Source of the DNA: Fimbriosthenelais zetlandica
Taxonomy: Eukaryota
Length of the DNA stretch: 64,000 bases
Assembly (NCBI GenBank): GCA_977030845.1
Contig: OZ365110.1
Location: 48,980,001-49,044,000, forward strand
Reading direction: 5' to 3'
The translations under genes were made by a program, and so were the position numbers. How positions within the stretch are numbered: position 1 is the first letter of the stretch; every line of letters begins with the position of its first letter. Under the pieces are notes generated by a model. It was not told where the DNA came from and did no database searches. It saw only the letters and a program-made list of their open reading frames with translations. Shown piece by piece: positions 52,480 through 64,000 of the stretch.

Positions 52480-52622
52480 CTTGCGTGAGGCTCGTCTGGT
52501 CGCTGCTCTAACACAATTTCCTCCAAAATACATTTCTCATTGAAAATACTCCCCTTGAAAAGAAAATCGCCGCCGCCTAATGGCCAAATTCCAATTCCAT
52601 TTCCCCGCAAGAAAAAAATAAA
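52480..52622 (-). other. Candidate spliced exon (143 nt)
   Basis: Acceptor GTATTTCTTTTTGCAG|T, donor AAG|GTGAGC. One frame is open (FIFFLRGNGIGIWPLGGGDFLFKGSIFNEKCILEEIVLEQRPDEPHA); no recognised homology. Confidence 0.3.
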
Positions 52623-53789
52623 CTGCAAAAAGAAATACATGCATTAAATCTTAATTGTAGCAAGGCAGGAAGCTCAATATCATTAACGAGCAACCAAACA
52701 CTGGGAGGCTGTGCCTATGTGGATGGCAATTAATCGCTTTCAGTTCAAAACCACAAAACCGAAATCCACCAGGGTTTCCATTCCACGAAAGGAGGGAAGA
52801 GCCAATCAGCCATGCCTACTCACCTCCTGCCATAACTACTCAAATTTTGAAAGGCAATGACCAAAAAGGTGACTTGCTCATGTTGACCCCTTTCATGAGA
52901 ACATGAAACAACAGCAGCTTACTCTTGCATATTGGATAAAATGAGTCATGGCCGTCTGGTTGGATAAGCATTTTAATCCGCTACCCAAAACCTATAGCCC
53001 TCAATCGACAACAGGGCCCGGAGGAGTTAGACGGAACCGAAAAAGCCTTCTGATTACATGCTGGCAGAGAGGTAAAGTAGTTTTAAGCCTTGATTGGCCA
53101 TAAATCATCATTATAGCTAATCAGACAAGCTTAGAGGATTAGAATGCATAGCGAATCTCCAGGGCATTTTTTTCACCCTTGAATGCAATATAAATGGCAT
53201 TAAACTGGGCTAAAAACAGGCATGATCAAGTAAATGGTGGCAATTCCAAATATAATCTGTTTAAAAAGGCCTTAGTGTGAACATAAATCACCGTGGCTGG
53301 CCTGTCTCATGTGCAGGGAATACCCGGGGGCTGGGCACACATTCATTTTAATTGACCCACTTGACTCGTAATTGGTCTTACTGATATACAGCACACGGAT
53401 CAGCCAGTTCATAAGAATATTACTTCTACAGAGAAATCTCTGAAACCAGACACAGGTGAGTGAATACAAATTCAGTTTCAGAGGAAATTCAGCAACATTT
53501 TATTTATGATAAAGACGATTATGTTTTTACGAGATAATCCATTAAAATTGATCATGGTCTCGAAGTCAAAATAAGATGTATTGAACAGAAATGAGACAAA
53601 ATGGTGCAGTTGCTGGCCAAATAAGCCTTTTGCATGCAAATAAACTGCAACAATCTATGAATAGCGGAAACTATAAGATGTATTCACGCCCCTTCATTCT
53701 TTTTTAGATGAATATTCAAATCCAATGTTTTTTTAATTTCCAGGAATAAGAAGAATACTTTTCTTGTATTTCAGAGAAGATGTTGGCTG

Positions 53790-54030
53790 TAGCTTAAAAA
53801 GAACCAACGCAAAGTGGATAAAAACACAGTGCAGAACAGAGTGGAGAATGGGGAGCCCTTTTAAAAAGTATTACCAGTCCCTTCTATGTGAAAGCGGGAT
53901 TTGTAAAAAGAAAAATATTTTACCTAATCAAGAGGGACAAAGCAGTCAACTCTTGAAGTTCCAGAGGAGCTGGGACATATACAACCGGGAACGGCTTGAA
54001 ATTAGGGTGAAATTTAGTTGCAATAAACGA
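53790..54030 (+). mobile_element. Decayed CR1-like ORF2 C-terminal fragment
   Basis: YQSLLCESGICKKKNILPNQEGQSSQLLKFQR aligns without gaps to generic YKSLVRPHLEYC..VWSPYQKGDI.KLEKVQR; ERLEIRVKFSCNKR matches ERL..L.LFSL.KR with the same spacing. Confidence 0.7.
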
Positions 54031-54877
54031 TGCTCATGCTTTTTGTGGAAATTGAACAGACTGGGGATGTTCAGAAGTTGAGTGCACTCTTCGGTCTGGC
54101 TCGTTTCTTGGTTTAAAGAAGACATGGCCAGATTAACGAAATCAGGGCCTACTGAAGGACACCAGACATGCGAAAAATCATTGCAAACGAGATTAAACAG
54201 AAAATCCTGAATAGTTGCTGCCTAAAAAGTGGGATCATTTCAGGAAATTGAAGGTTTTGTGTTAGTTATCTTACATTTCCAGCCAAAGAGCAATGCTGTG
54301 ATCGGTCGTGCATCAAACTGAAGAGCTTGATAGGGGCTGAGGTAAGAAATGTTTAGTCGTAGTTGATTGTGGTCCACAACTGCTTCAGCTTCAATTGCTA
54401 CTGTGATTATTAATCCCCAATCCAAACAACTTGAAAAATATAAAGAGGGCACATATAAAAGCCCAGCTTTTGTGAAATAAAATCAGTCAGACTATTATTC
54501 TTTATGGTGCGTACATTTACCTCTTTTGTTATAAAGGAATGTAAAGTATTTTTACCAAATTACAGGCTATAGTAGGCTCAAAAGTAGGAATTAAACATTA
54601 CATGCTCTAGTGAGTATCATGCCTTTTAACGAATAGCCAGTAGAAACAGCTTGCCTTAGAGAAGCTTCTGTAATCCCCCGGCAAATATTTCCACATGTAC
54701 AATAAGCTTTAATGCACACTTCTCACAATTCCACAACTCATGTTACCTTCATATATGAATATAAAATGACTTTAAACATTTACTCCCACCATTTTAAAAG
54801 CAGCATATATAAATGCACAAATACACCTCCTTGTTGGCATGAGACTAATTGCATATAGCTCCTGCAGCATTCATTGT

Positions 54878-55003
54878 TTGCACTTGTTCATCTTTTCATA
54901 TAATGCAGGAGGCTTTATTGTCCTTAGTTCCATCTTCGTCTACTGCTTTGTTTGCAGTAAAGGAGAGCCTTCTGTAAAAGACGCCCTAATCACTCGTGCC
55001 ATA
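54878..55003 (+). mobile_element. Possible decayed LINE RT N-terminal fragment
   Basis: LHLFIFSYNAG(17 aa)KGEPS...RAI keeps the LF..S...G, KG+.S and R.I spacing. Confidence 0.4.
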
Positions 55004-56395
55004 GATGAAGATGTGGTCGTCCATCAGAGAGAAGGCAGAAAGCTTTCTATTCTACTTATCTCTGAGCTGTAGCAGGGATTAAGCCTACAAGCTTCTTGAA
55101 ATGTAATGGTGACGTATGTATACATCAACAGTACAAATAAAAAAAGCCCCATTAAACTCCCTTTATCGCGGAGACATATATACACGCATGAGAGTGTTTA
55201 TTATGAAGCGGAGAAGCATTCGCCTATACATGTGTTTTCTGCCTATATAGGATTCATTGAAAACCATTTGAGGCAGTCAACATATTTGCAATACAGCATA
55301 TATTCATGACAGTCAGGTATAATAGAACTAGACAGACATGAGGAAGGTGTCCCTTGGATGCCCCTTTGAATATGTATTCCCAGCGACAGAGTTCCAAGGG
55401 TCACTCCATTCTCAAGCACAGACTGAGTGTGTTCTCAAGCTGTGATGCAGTGATTGCTTTTTCCACCAGACTCTAACATTTATTACACAGTACCGTGGCA
55501 ATACTTTGCCTTTTCCAGCATGGGAAACGTCTTCTAGTCTGAATCTGCAAGCTCACATTTGCATAGGAGAGGAGTTGATTTGTCCTTATTCCTAAGCAAG
55601 CTTACGGTGTGTTGTAACACAGTCAATTTATTCTCCAGCCTTCAGTCTCTGCCTCCCAGACCCTCATACATGCCTCAACTGATTGATGTATTTCCCCCAC
55701 GGGGCTAGCAAGCTCTTGCTCATGTAATTTGATCCCTTGTTTCTCAAAAGGGGTATGCAATATTATTCCAAATCCATGAATGAAACTATTTCAAAGCCAC
55801 TCGAAGGCAACAAAAAATGGTCGTCAGAGGGACTAGAGGAATGTCTTGCCCTCTGAACCTGCACCCGGGCAGCGTCCATTGTTTCAAGCCTCCTCTGGCA
55901 GTTCCTGAAAAGGTCCATACTTCATGGCCCTGGGACTTGACTTTGTGAATTATCTATCACAATACCACAATCAAGGCTTTGAGCATTGCATCCAACTAAA
56001 GCATGATCGCTCTTCCCCACTAGGGCTGCGTGTCATTGATTCGCTGGCAGTGTCTTTCATTCAAGCACAGAAACTTTAATCTGCCTGCTTTCTTTAAGGA
56101 TTTGTTCCCTTTGTTCCCTCTTGCTGCGAGATGAGAAAGTTGACTCAACAATGCCATCAGTCGGCCATTCCAATGTTCTGTGATCATGTGAGACTATCAA
56201 ATTATTTCCCATAAATATTTCGTACATATGGCCTGGTGATCATCTAAAGTAAACAAGATAAGGGCCAATGATCCCCTCTGATTACACTGCCACACATGAA
56301 GTATTCATATACAACCAAGTAATAAATAACCCCTTACTCCTTACCCTTAGAATTAAGGCCCCATTAATGCCAACTACTCTTTAATTGTCCCATCT

Positions 56396-56908
56396 TTGGT
56401 TATTTATGAGAAGGAGCTCAAACAGCTAACAAACAGCTTTGTGAAGAACGGTCAGGCTTCAGACGAGGACTATAATCGATGTGCCAGGAGAAAGAAGGCA
56501 GAGATGGACCTCAAAAGATTCACAGATAGTCTCCCATCTGGCGATAAGGATGAGGACATGGCTATCTACCATCCCATGTACATTTATTTTCCGGGCTTTG
56601 GGGACTGGTTTGAGGCATATCACAGTTATATCATGATGGCAATATTGCACTAGTATAGAGTGTTTGTGCTTATCAGGCAAGCCGGGAGAGGGCTGGAGGA
56701 CCATATGTTGGCCTTGGTGAGCGGCAAGCATCCCCGTCCTCCTTCCTGCCAGGTAAGGCAATGCTGCATGCAAGACTGCAATGCCGGAGTTTGCCTGACT
56801 ATGTATCATAAAGCTGGCAATCTTGGCAAGCGGGCTCGTTTCTATAGACACTACCGCACCATTACGACATGGATAACATCACACGGGCTAAACTCAAACT
56901 TCCATTAG
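56396..56908 (+). pseudogene. Ambiguous decayed coding-like frame (possible transposon remnant)
   Basis: A 171-codon frame broken by a single TAG. Loose resemblance to a piggyBac C-terminus (DYN; AILH*YRVF versus VLNSYILF; Cys-rich C..DC....C..YH), but LINE and Harbinger readings are similarly weak. Confidence 0.2.
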
Positions 56909-58619
56909 ACGCGAGTATAGCCTCGCTGATCAAATCCTCATGGAATTCCATTGATCATCCACATTAATTTTATTCCACATGACAACAAATCTTCGTGACT
57001 AACCGAGTCTACCAAACCCTCAAGCTGATATATAAAACATGCAACCTTTTTTTAGGTTGGGCCATGTTATCCCTCAGGCCATTGTGGACCAGACAACAAC
57101 CTAGACAAGAAGTAATTGGTTCGAAATTGCCAGTAAAGTTTCAGCCATCAGGATGTGTCAGTTTTGTTTGGGCAGAAACTAATCACTTTTGCACACATTC
57201 CCTCTTCCCTGTCATTACCCACTATTTTCCGGCAATCCATTCAATTCATTTTCTAGCACATAATACCTCGTCTTAAACCTTTCTTACCTCTTCCTTTCTC
57301 AGTCCCTTCCTACACCTCTTCTTCCAACCTTGCTTGGCCCCTTCCTCCCATGTCTAACATCCTCTGCTTCGCTTCCTTCAACCTACATGTCTCAATACGC
57401 CTCCCCCCTGCTGCCTCGCTATGATACCTTTGTTATGCCAATGTCCCTATCAGACCTGCAGAGCCACCATTGAATTGGGTGTTATCGAAGCCGGGCTACA
57501 TTGGAATGCAGCATCCTATGAGGAAGCCCCTCTATACAGAATGTGCCACAATATCCATCAATCATTCATACAAATGCCATAGTCAAAAACTTGACCAGTC
57601 GTCACCCACAAGGTCAGAGACGCTGTAAATTGATAAACAGCGCAGGTCATTACAAAGGAAGCTGTTAGATACTGATAAAATAATGACCAACAATCTGGTT
57701 ATGGAAAGGATAAGGACTGCTGAAATTCTCTTCCTAGGCATGAGATAATATGAAATAATATGTAAATTTAATAGATCCATCTCAATCCCATGTAAAAATG
57801 ATTTAAAGCAATCTGAATGATTTCTCATCTGATACATAAAAACACTGTAGAAGTAGATGTCTCAGAGTTAGCAATGACCTACATCTAAGACATAGGCATA
57901 TATGGACTAAATGTCATATGGTTGGATTAACACTATAGCTTTTGTTATAGTCTATTTCCAAACAATCTAGCTTGAGACTATAACACCTAGTTCGGCATCA
58001 TACCCAAATTAAGGCAAATTATAATAATAAGAGCAGCTGCAGCAATATAGACAGGTTGTCTCAATCAGTGCCTTGTTTCCCAAAAGACGAGTTCCCGTTC
58101 CCTAAGAGGCCAGGTCAGGGCCCAGGTGGTGGATCGTAACTGTCTTAGCTTATGGCTTAAAGAACAAGGCCAACAACCAGCTCTATGCTAAGACAGAAGA
58201 CAAAAATTACATGAATAATACGCAGCATCCAGAAACTAAATTACACATACCAAAGCCAGTTATATCAAAATAGTGGAAAATTTGTCTTATTATGGAAAAC
58301 ATCAGTAGTTCTTACAAACGTAGCTCTGTCATGTTCATCTTTCAACCTCAATTCCTGTCAATTAGAATTGCTCCTAGAATTTAAGAACATAATAAAGCTC
58401 CTGTAACATAATAACCTCGTAATTCAGGTATTAGACCTTATATTTAGCTGCAACTATATTGCAAAAGAATCGTCTGTTTCTTCCGACATAATAACCGTTT
58501 AAAAGAATATCAGGATCGATCGCTGATGCATCATATATAACTTCAAAGAATATGTACCAGTATGGCCTGGAAAATATTAAGCTGCCAATACTATAGACAT
58601 TACTACAGGTAGTATAATG

Positions 58620-58637
58620 GAGATAGAGAAAGGGGGA

Positions 58638-58687
<50 letters not shown>

Positions 58688-58850
58688 AGAGAACGAGAGA
58701 GAGAGGGTGGGGGGGAGACATTAGAGAGAGAGAGAGAGAGAGAGAGCAGAGAACGAGAGAGAGAGCAGAGAACGAGAGAGAGAGCAGAGAACGAGAGAGA
58801 GAGGGTGGGGGGAGACATAAGAGAGGGGGAGCAAGAGAAAAAGAGAGCAC
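58620..58850. repeat. Compound (GA)n microsatellite with higher-order subunits
   Basis: Pure (AG)23 at 58641-58686, then four GAGAGCAGAGAACGAGAG units and two AGGGTG(G)nAGACAT units. Confidence 0.95.
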
Positions 58851-59208
58851 TGTGGGCAGCTAAAACAGGAACTAAAGGATAGACAAACACAAAAGCCGTA
58901 GGAAGGAAAAGAGAATTAAAGAAAGGGTTTGGGAGAAGTTCAGTGAATTATTAACGTTCACAGGTCTCAGTATAAAAAGACTGCTGAACATAGCGACATT
59001 CCTGTAGGCAGCGACTTACTACTCTACAACAAACAATAAATATAAGCAGGAACGCCTATATATATGGGAAGGGATTAATGAAGCTGTTACCAGCAAGAAA
59101 CTATGTACAGCCAACGGAACAGCTCAACCATTGTATTGTAAAAAGATGCTTGCTCTGCTAAAGCACAATGTTTTAGATCAGAAAGTGGAAATATCAATAG
59201 GCACGTAC

Positions 59209-59378
59209 CTGTTTACGGTTTGCTGTGAGTTGATGTAGTAGTCCAGATACAGGGTGTACATGCTTTGGCTGGCGGATGGTGAAGGCAGATGGGCTAACAC
59301 TAGGATTGTTAATCTAAGACAAGAAGCTCCCAGCTCCTACAGCAAGGCTGATGTGGCTTAGAGAGTCAGGGGCATCAT
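59209..59378 (-). other. Candidate spliced exon (170 nt; alternative inner acceptor gives 105 nt, 59209-59313)
   Basis: Acceptor TTCTATTTTTCTCTCTTTCTCCCACCAG|A with a long pyrimidine tract; donor CAG|GTACGT. Contains AGC-ATG (A at -3) opening MYTLYLDYYINSQQTVN into the donor. Confidence 0.45.
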
Positions 59379-60767
59379 CTGGTGGGAGAAAGAGAGAAAA
59401 ATAGAACATTAAACATTAACCAAGCAAAGAAAGATGTTCAGGGTCAACCTGGTGATTCATTCGGATTTGCTGAAATCTACTTATTGAAGTGGAAGGAGAA
59501 CCGGCAAAGCCTTGGGACTGAGGTACATGGTTTAAGCTTTTCAACACCAAATAGCTAACAAAGTAAGTTACGGTGCAAATTCCATTTTAATTAAGTAAAC
59601 AGGAGAGCAATGCTCTAGTATGTGCCATGTTTGTGCTGTAAATTTTCCTAATGAGCAAGAATCGAAACTGTACTTCGTATGTCAGTTGAGGATGAAGTGT
59701 GTAACATATAGGAAGAGTAAATAGAGTTGTAAGAACCACATACTGTCAGGCTCACATCACACAACAAAGAACTTTGAAGGTTGGTATTCAATGTAAATAT
59801 GGCCGCTATTGAAGACAGGACAAGTTTGATCTGCACTAATGTACCCAACTATGGAAGAGCAATGTCAAAGAGAAGCGGAATAAAAAGTCTTCTAACAATC
59901 AGTTTAGAGCACTATACTTAGCAGGCGTTCTGTAACTGGTGCTGCCAGCATATTTAGTATGTTAAAAATATTATTATTCATTCCCCTGAAAAGACTAGAA
60001 CACTATATACTACTCCCATGAAAGCTCTCTTCAAATCGGTCATTTAAACTAAATTTCATTGATTCGTTTCGTGAATCTACTATGCTTAGAGAAAAAAATC
60101 AGAGAAAAAATATATGAAATCTTTGAATAATAGCTTTTGGAGATATTTAGGTCAGACATGGGAATGTAACCCCTGAATATCATATATATACATTCAGAGA
60201 CAAAATACTATATCGTGACCATCAGAAACAACACACCAAAGCAGCAACCAGAGTTATGGTTAATTTTCTATGAATATGACCAAGAACAAAATTGAATATA
60301 AGAGAATTAAAGCTAACTTGCTTGATAAAAGCTTTCACTACCCCGCTTTTTCACATGTTTTTTTTTGTGAGAGTGGCAGCTTAACTGGCCTTTTGATCAC
60401 ATCTCCAGTGTTTCATGATCCATCTCTCGAGTCCAGGTCTCAATCAGACCAAAGCTTCAGTGAGAAATAATGACCTTGACCCAGCTATGACCTCTCATGC
60501 CTCTCATCGTTCTAAGCAGATCGTGCTGTCAACTTGTGCTTTGATAAGCTGAGGTTTTCCTCCAGTTATTTCTGGGAGAGACCTTAGGGGGTTGACCTCC
60601 CTATTTTTACCACATTACACTTCGTGTCATGCTACTTGAAAAGAACCAATTTCAACCATGAGAAAAGAAGAAATTGCCAGTTCTAAAGGGTACTAAAATA
60701 GCAATTAACCTAAAGAGAAAACACTCACATACATGAATATCAGTAACACGATGTAACAGATTTGAAC

Positions 60768-60791
60768 GGGGGTGGGGGAGGGGGGGGGGGG
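60768..60791 (+). repeat. G-run, potential G-quadruplex
   Basis: GGGGGTGGGGGAG followed by an uninterrupted G-run. Confidence 0.75.
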
Positions 60792-62902
60792 ATTTAAAGG
60801 GTTAAACACGCCAACGTACGCTCGCCAAGACTATTAATAGTTATCACAAGTGCTTACGATGGGATCGAAGACCTCTAGCAATCTATTTGATGACCCCTGA
60901 AGGACAACCCACAAACCTAACCTTATATAGCTGCTCTACTTTTCACTACAAGCCTACACTTGGCCCAGAAGCTGTCACAAACATAAAAATGGACATAAAG
61001 AACTTGCATAGTTGATAATCCAGCAAAACAACCCCAACTAGTTTCAGGTCACACAAGATAGGATTCCACTGAGCTTCGGCACAAAATAAAAAATAAAACT
61101 TGTAATACTATAATCTGAGGACTTCAAAGAACTGAGTCACACAAACACAGTTGATGAAGGTAAAATAAGATAAAAGCTGGTAACTGGAAGGCAAAACCGA
61201 ATCATTCCACTTAAGCTTTTTTGGTTAAATGTACGGAATGGTGGTTCTTGATGGTTGTTTGGAAGCACGCTTCCATGCGGCGATAAAATGGGCCTTGAAG
61301 TAATAAGAGGGCCGTGTTTTGAATTATTGCATTGGTTATTAGGATATTATGTTTTGGTGGAGCTGCAGCATGCAACCAGACAATAAGGGAAGCATGGCTA
61401 TCAGTAACAAAATATCCCAAGCCTGACAAAGGCATTGTTTGGAGGTCAAAATTTAGTATTTTTCAATCTGGTCAAGAATTATAGACTGGGTCCCTTTTCA
61501 TCATTTCTCGACCAAAAACGTCATTTTCTATAAAAAACAAAACAAACCTTGGCTTTATTTGAAGATCATTTATTTCCTCACTTAATGTTCACCTCCCAAA
61601 AGTTGATTAGGCACGTGTGGAGAATTGGCGTGAGGAGGGCAGCTTGAGGAATTATGGAGATGGGCAGTGAAGTATTCAGGTAAGTTTGTGGCGAGAGGTA
61701 ATGACATTTAACAATTAGCCACTAGTGCCATCAGTAGGAGGGCCCAGCATTCACCCACTAACCTCGGCCTAATTGATTAAGTGGACATTCGCAATATCCC
61801 TGAGAAAATGAAGGAGAATCACTATGGATGCATGCCGTGAATCAATGTGCCAGAGTCAATTCTTGAGGGGCTACCAAGGGCCAAACACTCAATTATCCTG
61901 CCCCGGGAGGAGGACTATCGGCAGCTCGAGCTTTAAAGCAGAATGCAAACCGATATTGTGAATTACATGTTACATGTACTTGACAGCTACACGCGACAAG
62001 TCAATACTAACCATCTTATCACCGTTGACCCCTCCAACAGCCAGGTCTGACCTATGGATTCTCCGGGAAATTCATATGCAGAAAAGGCTAGAGTCAAAGG
62101 GGCTGTTCACAGTGAGGCCAGATGATAATGTACTTAGTCTAAGCCTTAGAACAATGCCTGTTCAGAATGTTGATGATGCAGGGCGTAATGATGGCTCGGC
62201 ATGTGGAGACTTGTCTGGCATGTGTCAAGCCGGCTCCAAGTCACCGCAGATGACACATGTGACATTAGAGCATAATGCGTTTTGTTAGGAAATTTTCAGC
62301 CAATCCAATTATCCTGGATCTATGAATATAAATGTTACTGTTTATCCTCAAAAGGATCTTTGGAAGAAGCGGGAGGGACAGGGATAATATATTCAACGTC
62401 GAAGCTAAAGGACTATTAAGATGTAACTTGATTGTGGTCTGAGCCGGTGGGCGGGGAGCGGGGTGGAAATTGTGTTCGTTTAAGTGGGGCTGTGAGGCGT
62501 GTTTTAAAAGAATAGCAAAATTTAGAGTGAAATGGGCTGTGCTGTCTTCTGGCCCAAGATGGGTGCCAGACCGTTACTTGCTCAATCACAAAATGTGACA
62601 CACCCCCGCATAAGAGGTCTATCATTCCCATTACGATACAGTTTCTTCTAGAAAGGTTCTTTTCTTAGTGAAAAGAGAAATGTAATTGGCATATATATTG
62701 TCCATCCAATACGTCCTTTTATTCTAAGTGAAAAGCTACACATGTCAAACTTTCGAAGGAACAGTAGGCCTAGTTTTAGACCATGCTTAGTCCACTTTTG
62801 AGCCACTGTCAATCTGTTTAGCCAGGGGTCACCAAGACTTGAGAACATTTTAACAAGATTGGGATTTTACTCCAGTGTCACTGACATTATTGAGTGCTGG
62901 CA

Positions 62903-63031
62903 ATCATTTTCAAGATTCACTCTATATCCCAACTTTATTCCAGACATTCTCCGTCACTGTCCACTGTCAACGTTAGTGACAGCAGGGATCAATCCATCTT
63001 CAAGCCAACTTCCCTGACTCATCTGTCAAAG
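62903..63031 (+). mobile_element. Decayed CR1-like RT N-terminal fragment
   Basis: IIF..S+...NV.DSRDQSIFKPTSLTHLSK resembles IIF..S+...ANV...GD+.D.SNYRP+SLTS++.K. Confidence 0.45.
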
Positions 63032-64000
63032 TATACTATTTTTGGATCTATATACGCAATATCACAACACTGTTGCCATTACTTTGTAACCAATAGCTTG
63101 TAGAAAGTGGATGGAAGTCCTTCATTAAGGAAATGTGACTTGGATAATGAACAGAGAATGGTTATGTATTTATGACCAGCCAGAGGGCATTTAGCTCATT
63201 ATATTGGGCCAGCCATTACACCTATATCCCACCTCTATTATTTCGCAAATCAGAAGAGGTCGTATATTTTCAAAGGATTTCTCCTCTCTACATAAATTCC
63301 CAAACAAGATCATGAGCCTTAAGCCTCCATATTGGGTGCTGTCAAGGTGGGAATGGGTTCCTGGATTTTCTTCGGCTCGGGCGGGTTTTGTTTGTAATAG
63401 TGGGTGAGAGAATTTAAGGGTGTGGTAAAGGATGAGTAGTGAGTGGGTGGTGGGTGGGTTGGTGTTGTTTTGGTGGAGGGGTTGTTTGCCAATGTTGATC
63501 ACATAGCCACAGATATCGCACCCTGAGAACTGATTTAGTGAATGTGGGCCCAGGCTTCCCAAATAAGACAATATTCATGGCTGCTTTAAAGGCCCCATCA
63601 ATGACAGTTCCCAAGATTTACGCCTTGTGTTTTATGGAACGACAGGCGATAATACTACAGAGGTTATCGCCCTGTCTTGCATCAGAGCATCAGCATGGAA
63701 GATAAAATTGCAATCGCGTGATGCCGGCGACATAACACCATTATTTTTTACCTGCCTGAGCGGGCTAAAAATTGCCACTGGTTTTAAATGTGATAAGTTA
63801 TCTTTTAATGACATTCTTGTAATCATTATTTAACGGGCAATATATCTAAACTAAATTAAAACGCATCCACGGTGCTGCCCTGTCTCACTTCAGTCTGAAC
63901 ACTTTACTCATTCCTCCAACCCCTGAACCTCGCCATCATTTTCGTTCCATTCATCAGTATTTTTTTTACAGATAATGCTTTCTTATGGCTCCTCCGACAG

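Noticed and set aside
56393-56403. 11 nt match to miR-9 (TCTTTGGTTAT)
   Set aside because: Diverges after 11 nt; no star arm nearby.
58431-58890. 139 aa and 95 aa Leu/Ser-rich minus-strand ORFs
   Set aside because: Translation artefacts of the (CT)n microsatellite.
61610-61690. Perfect + strand donor CAG|GTAAGT near 61680
   Set aside because: No good upstream acceptor, and stops in all frames.

Overview
This is eukaryotic, essentially non-coding DNA (GC in the low 40s% by eye, CpG-depleted). It shows no intact protein-coding gene, rRNA, tRNA, operon or CRISPR array, and the ORF track looks like background. The repeat content resembles a marine invertebrate (lophotrochozoan-like) genome; this is inferred from the SINE tail and TACATG runs only. 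Best-supported features: (1) three copies of a ~210 bp PIF/Harbinger-type MITE with a 49 bp TIR and TAA target site duplication; (2) a second MITE with a related TIR and an extra internal inverted copy of its left end; (3) a 5'-truncated SINE; (4) a 45 bp minisatellite and several microsatellites. There are also about 15 heavily decayed CR1/L2/RTE-like LINE ORF2 fragments, recognised by eye against generic motifs recalled from memory, nearly all on the + strand. Several strong minus-strand acceptor/donor pairs suggest the window may be intronic or 5'-UTR territory of a large minus-strand transcript, one candidate exon lying inside an antisense LINE fossil. I found no demonstrable new biological system; the most promising leads are that putative transcript, the LINE strand bias and the MITEs. 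All protein-level calls need HMM confirmation.
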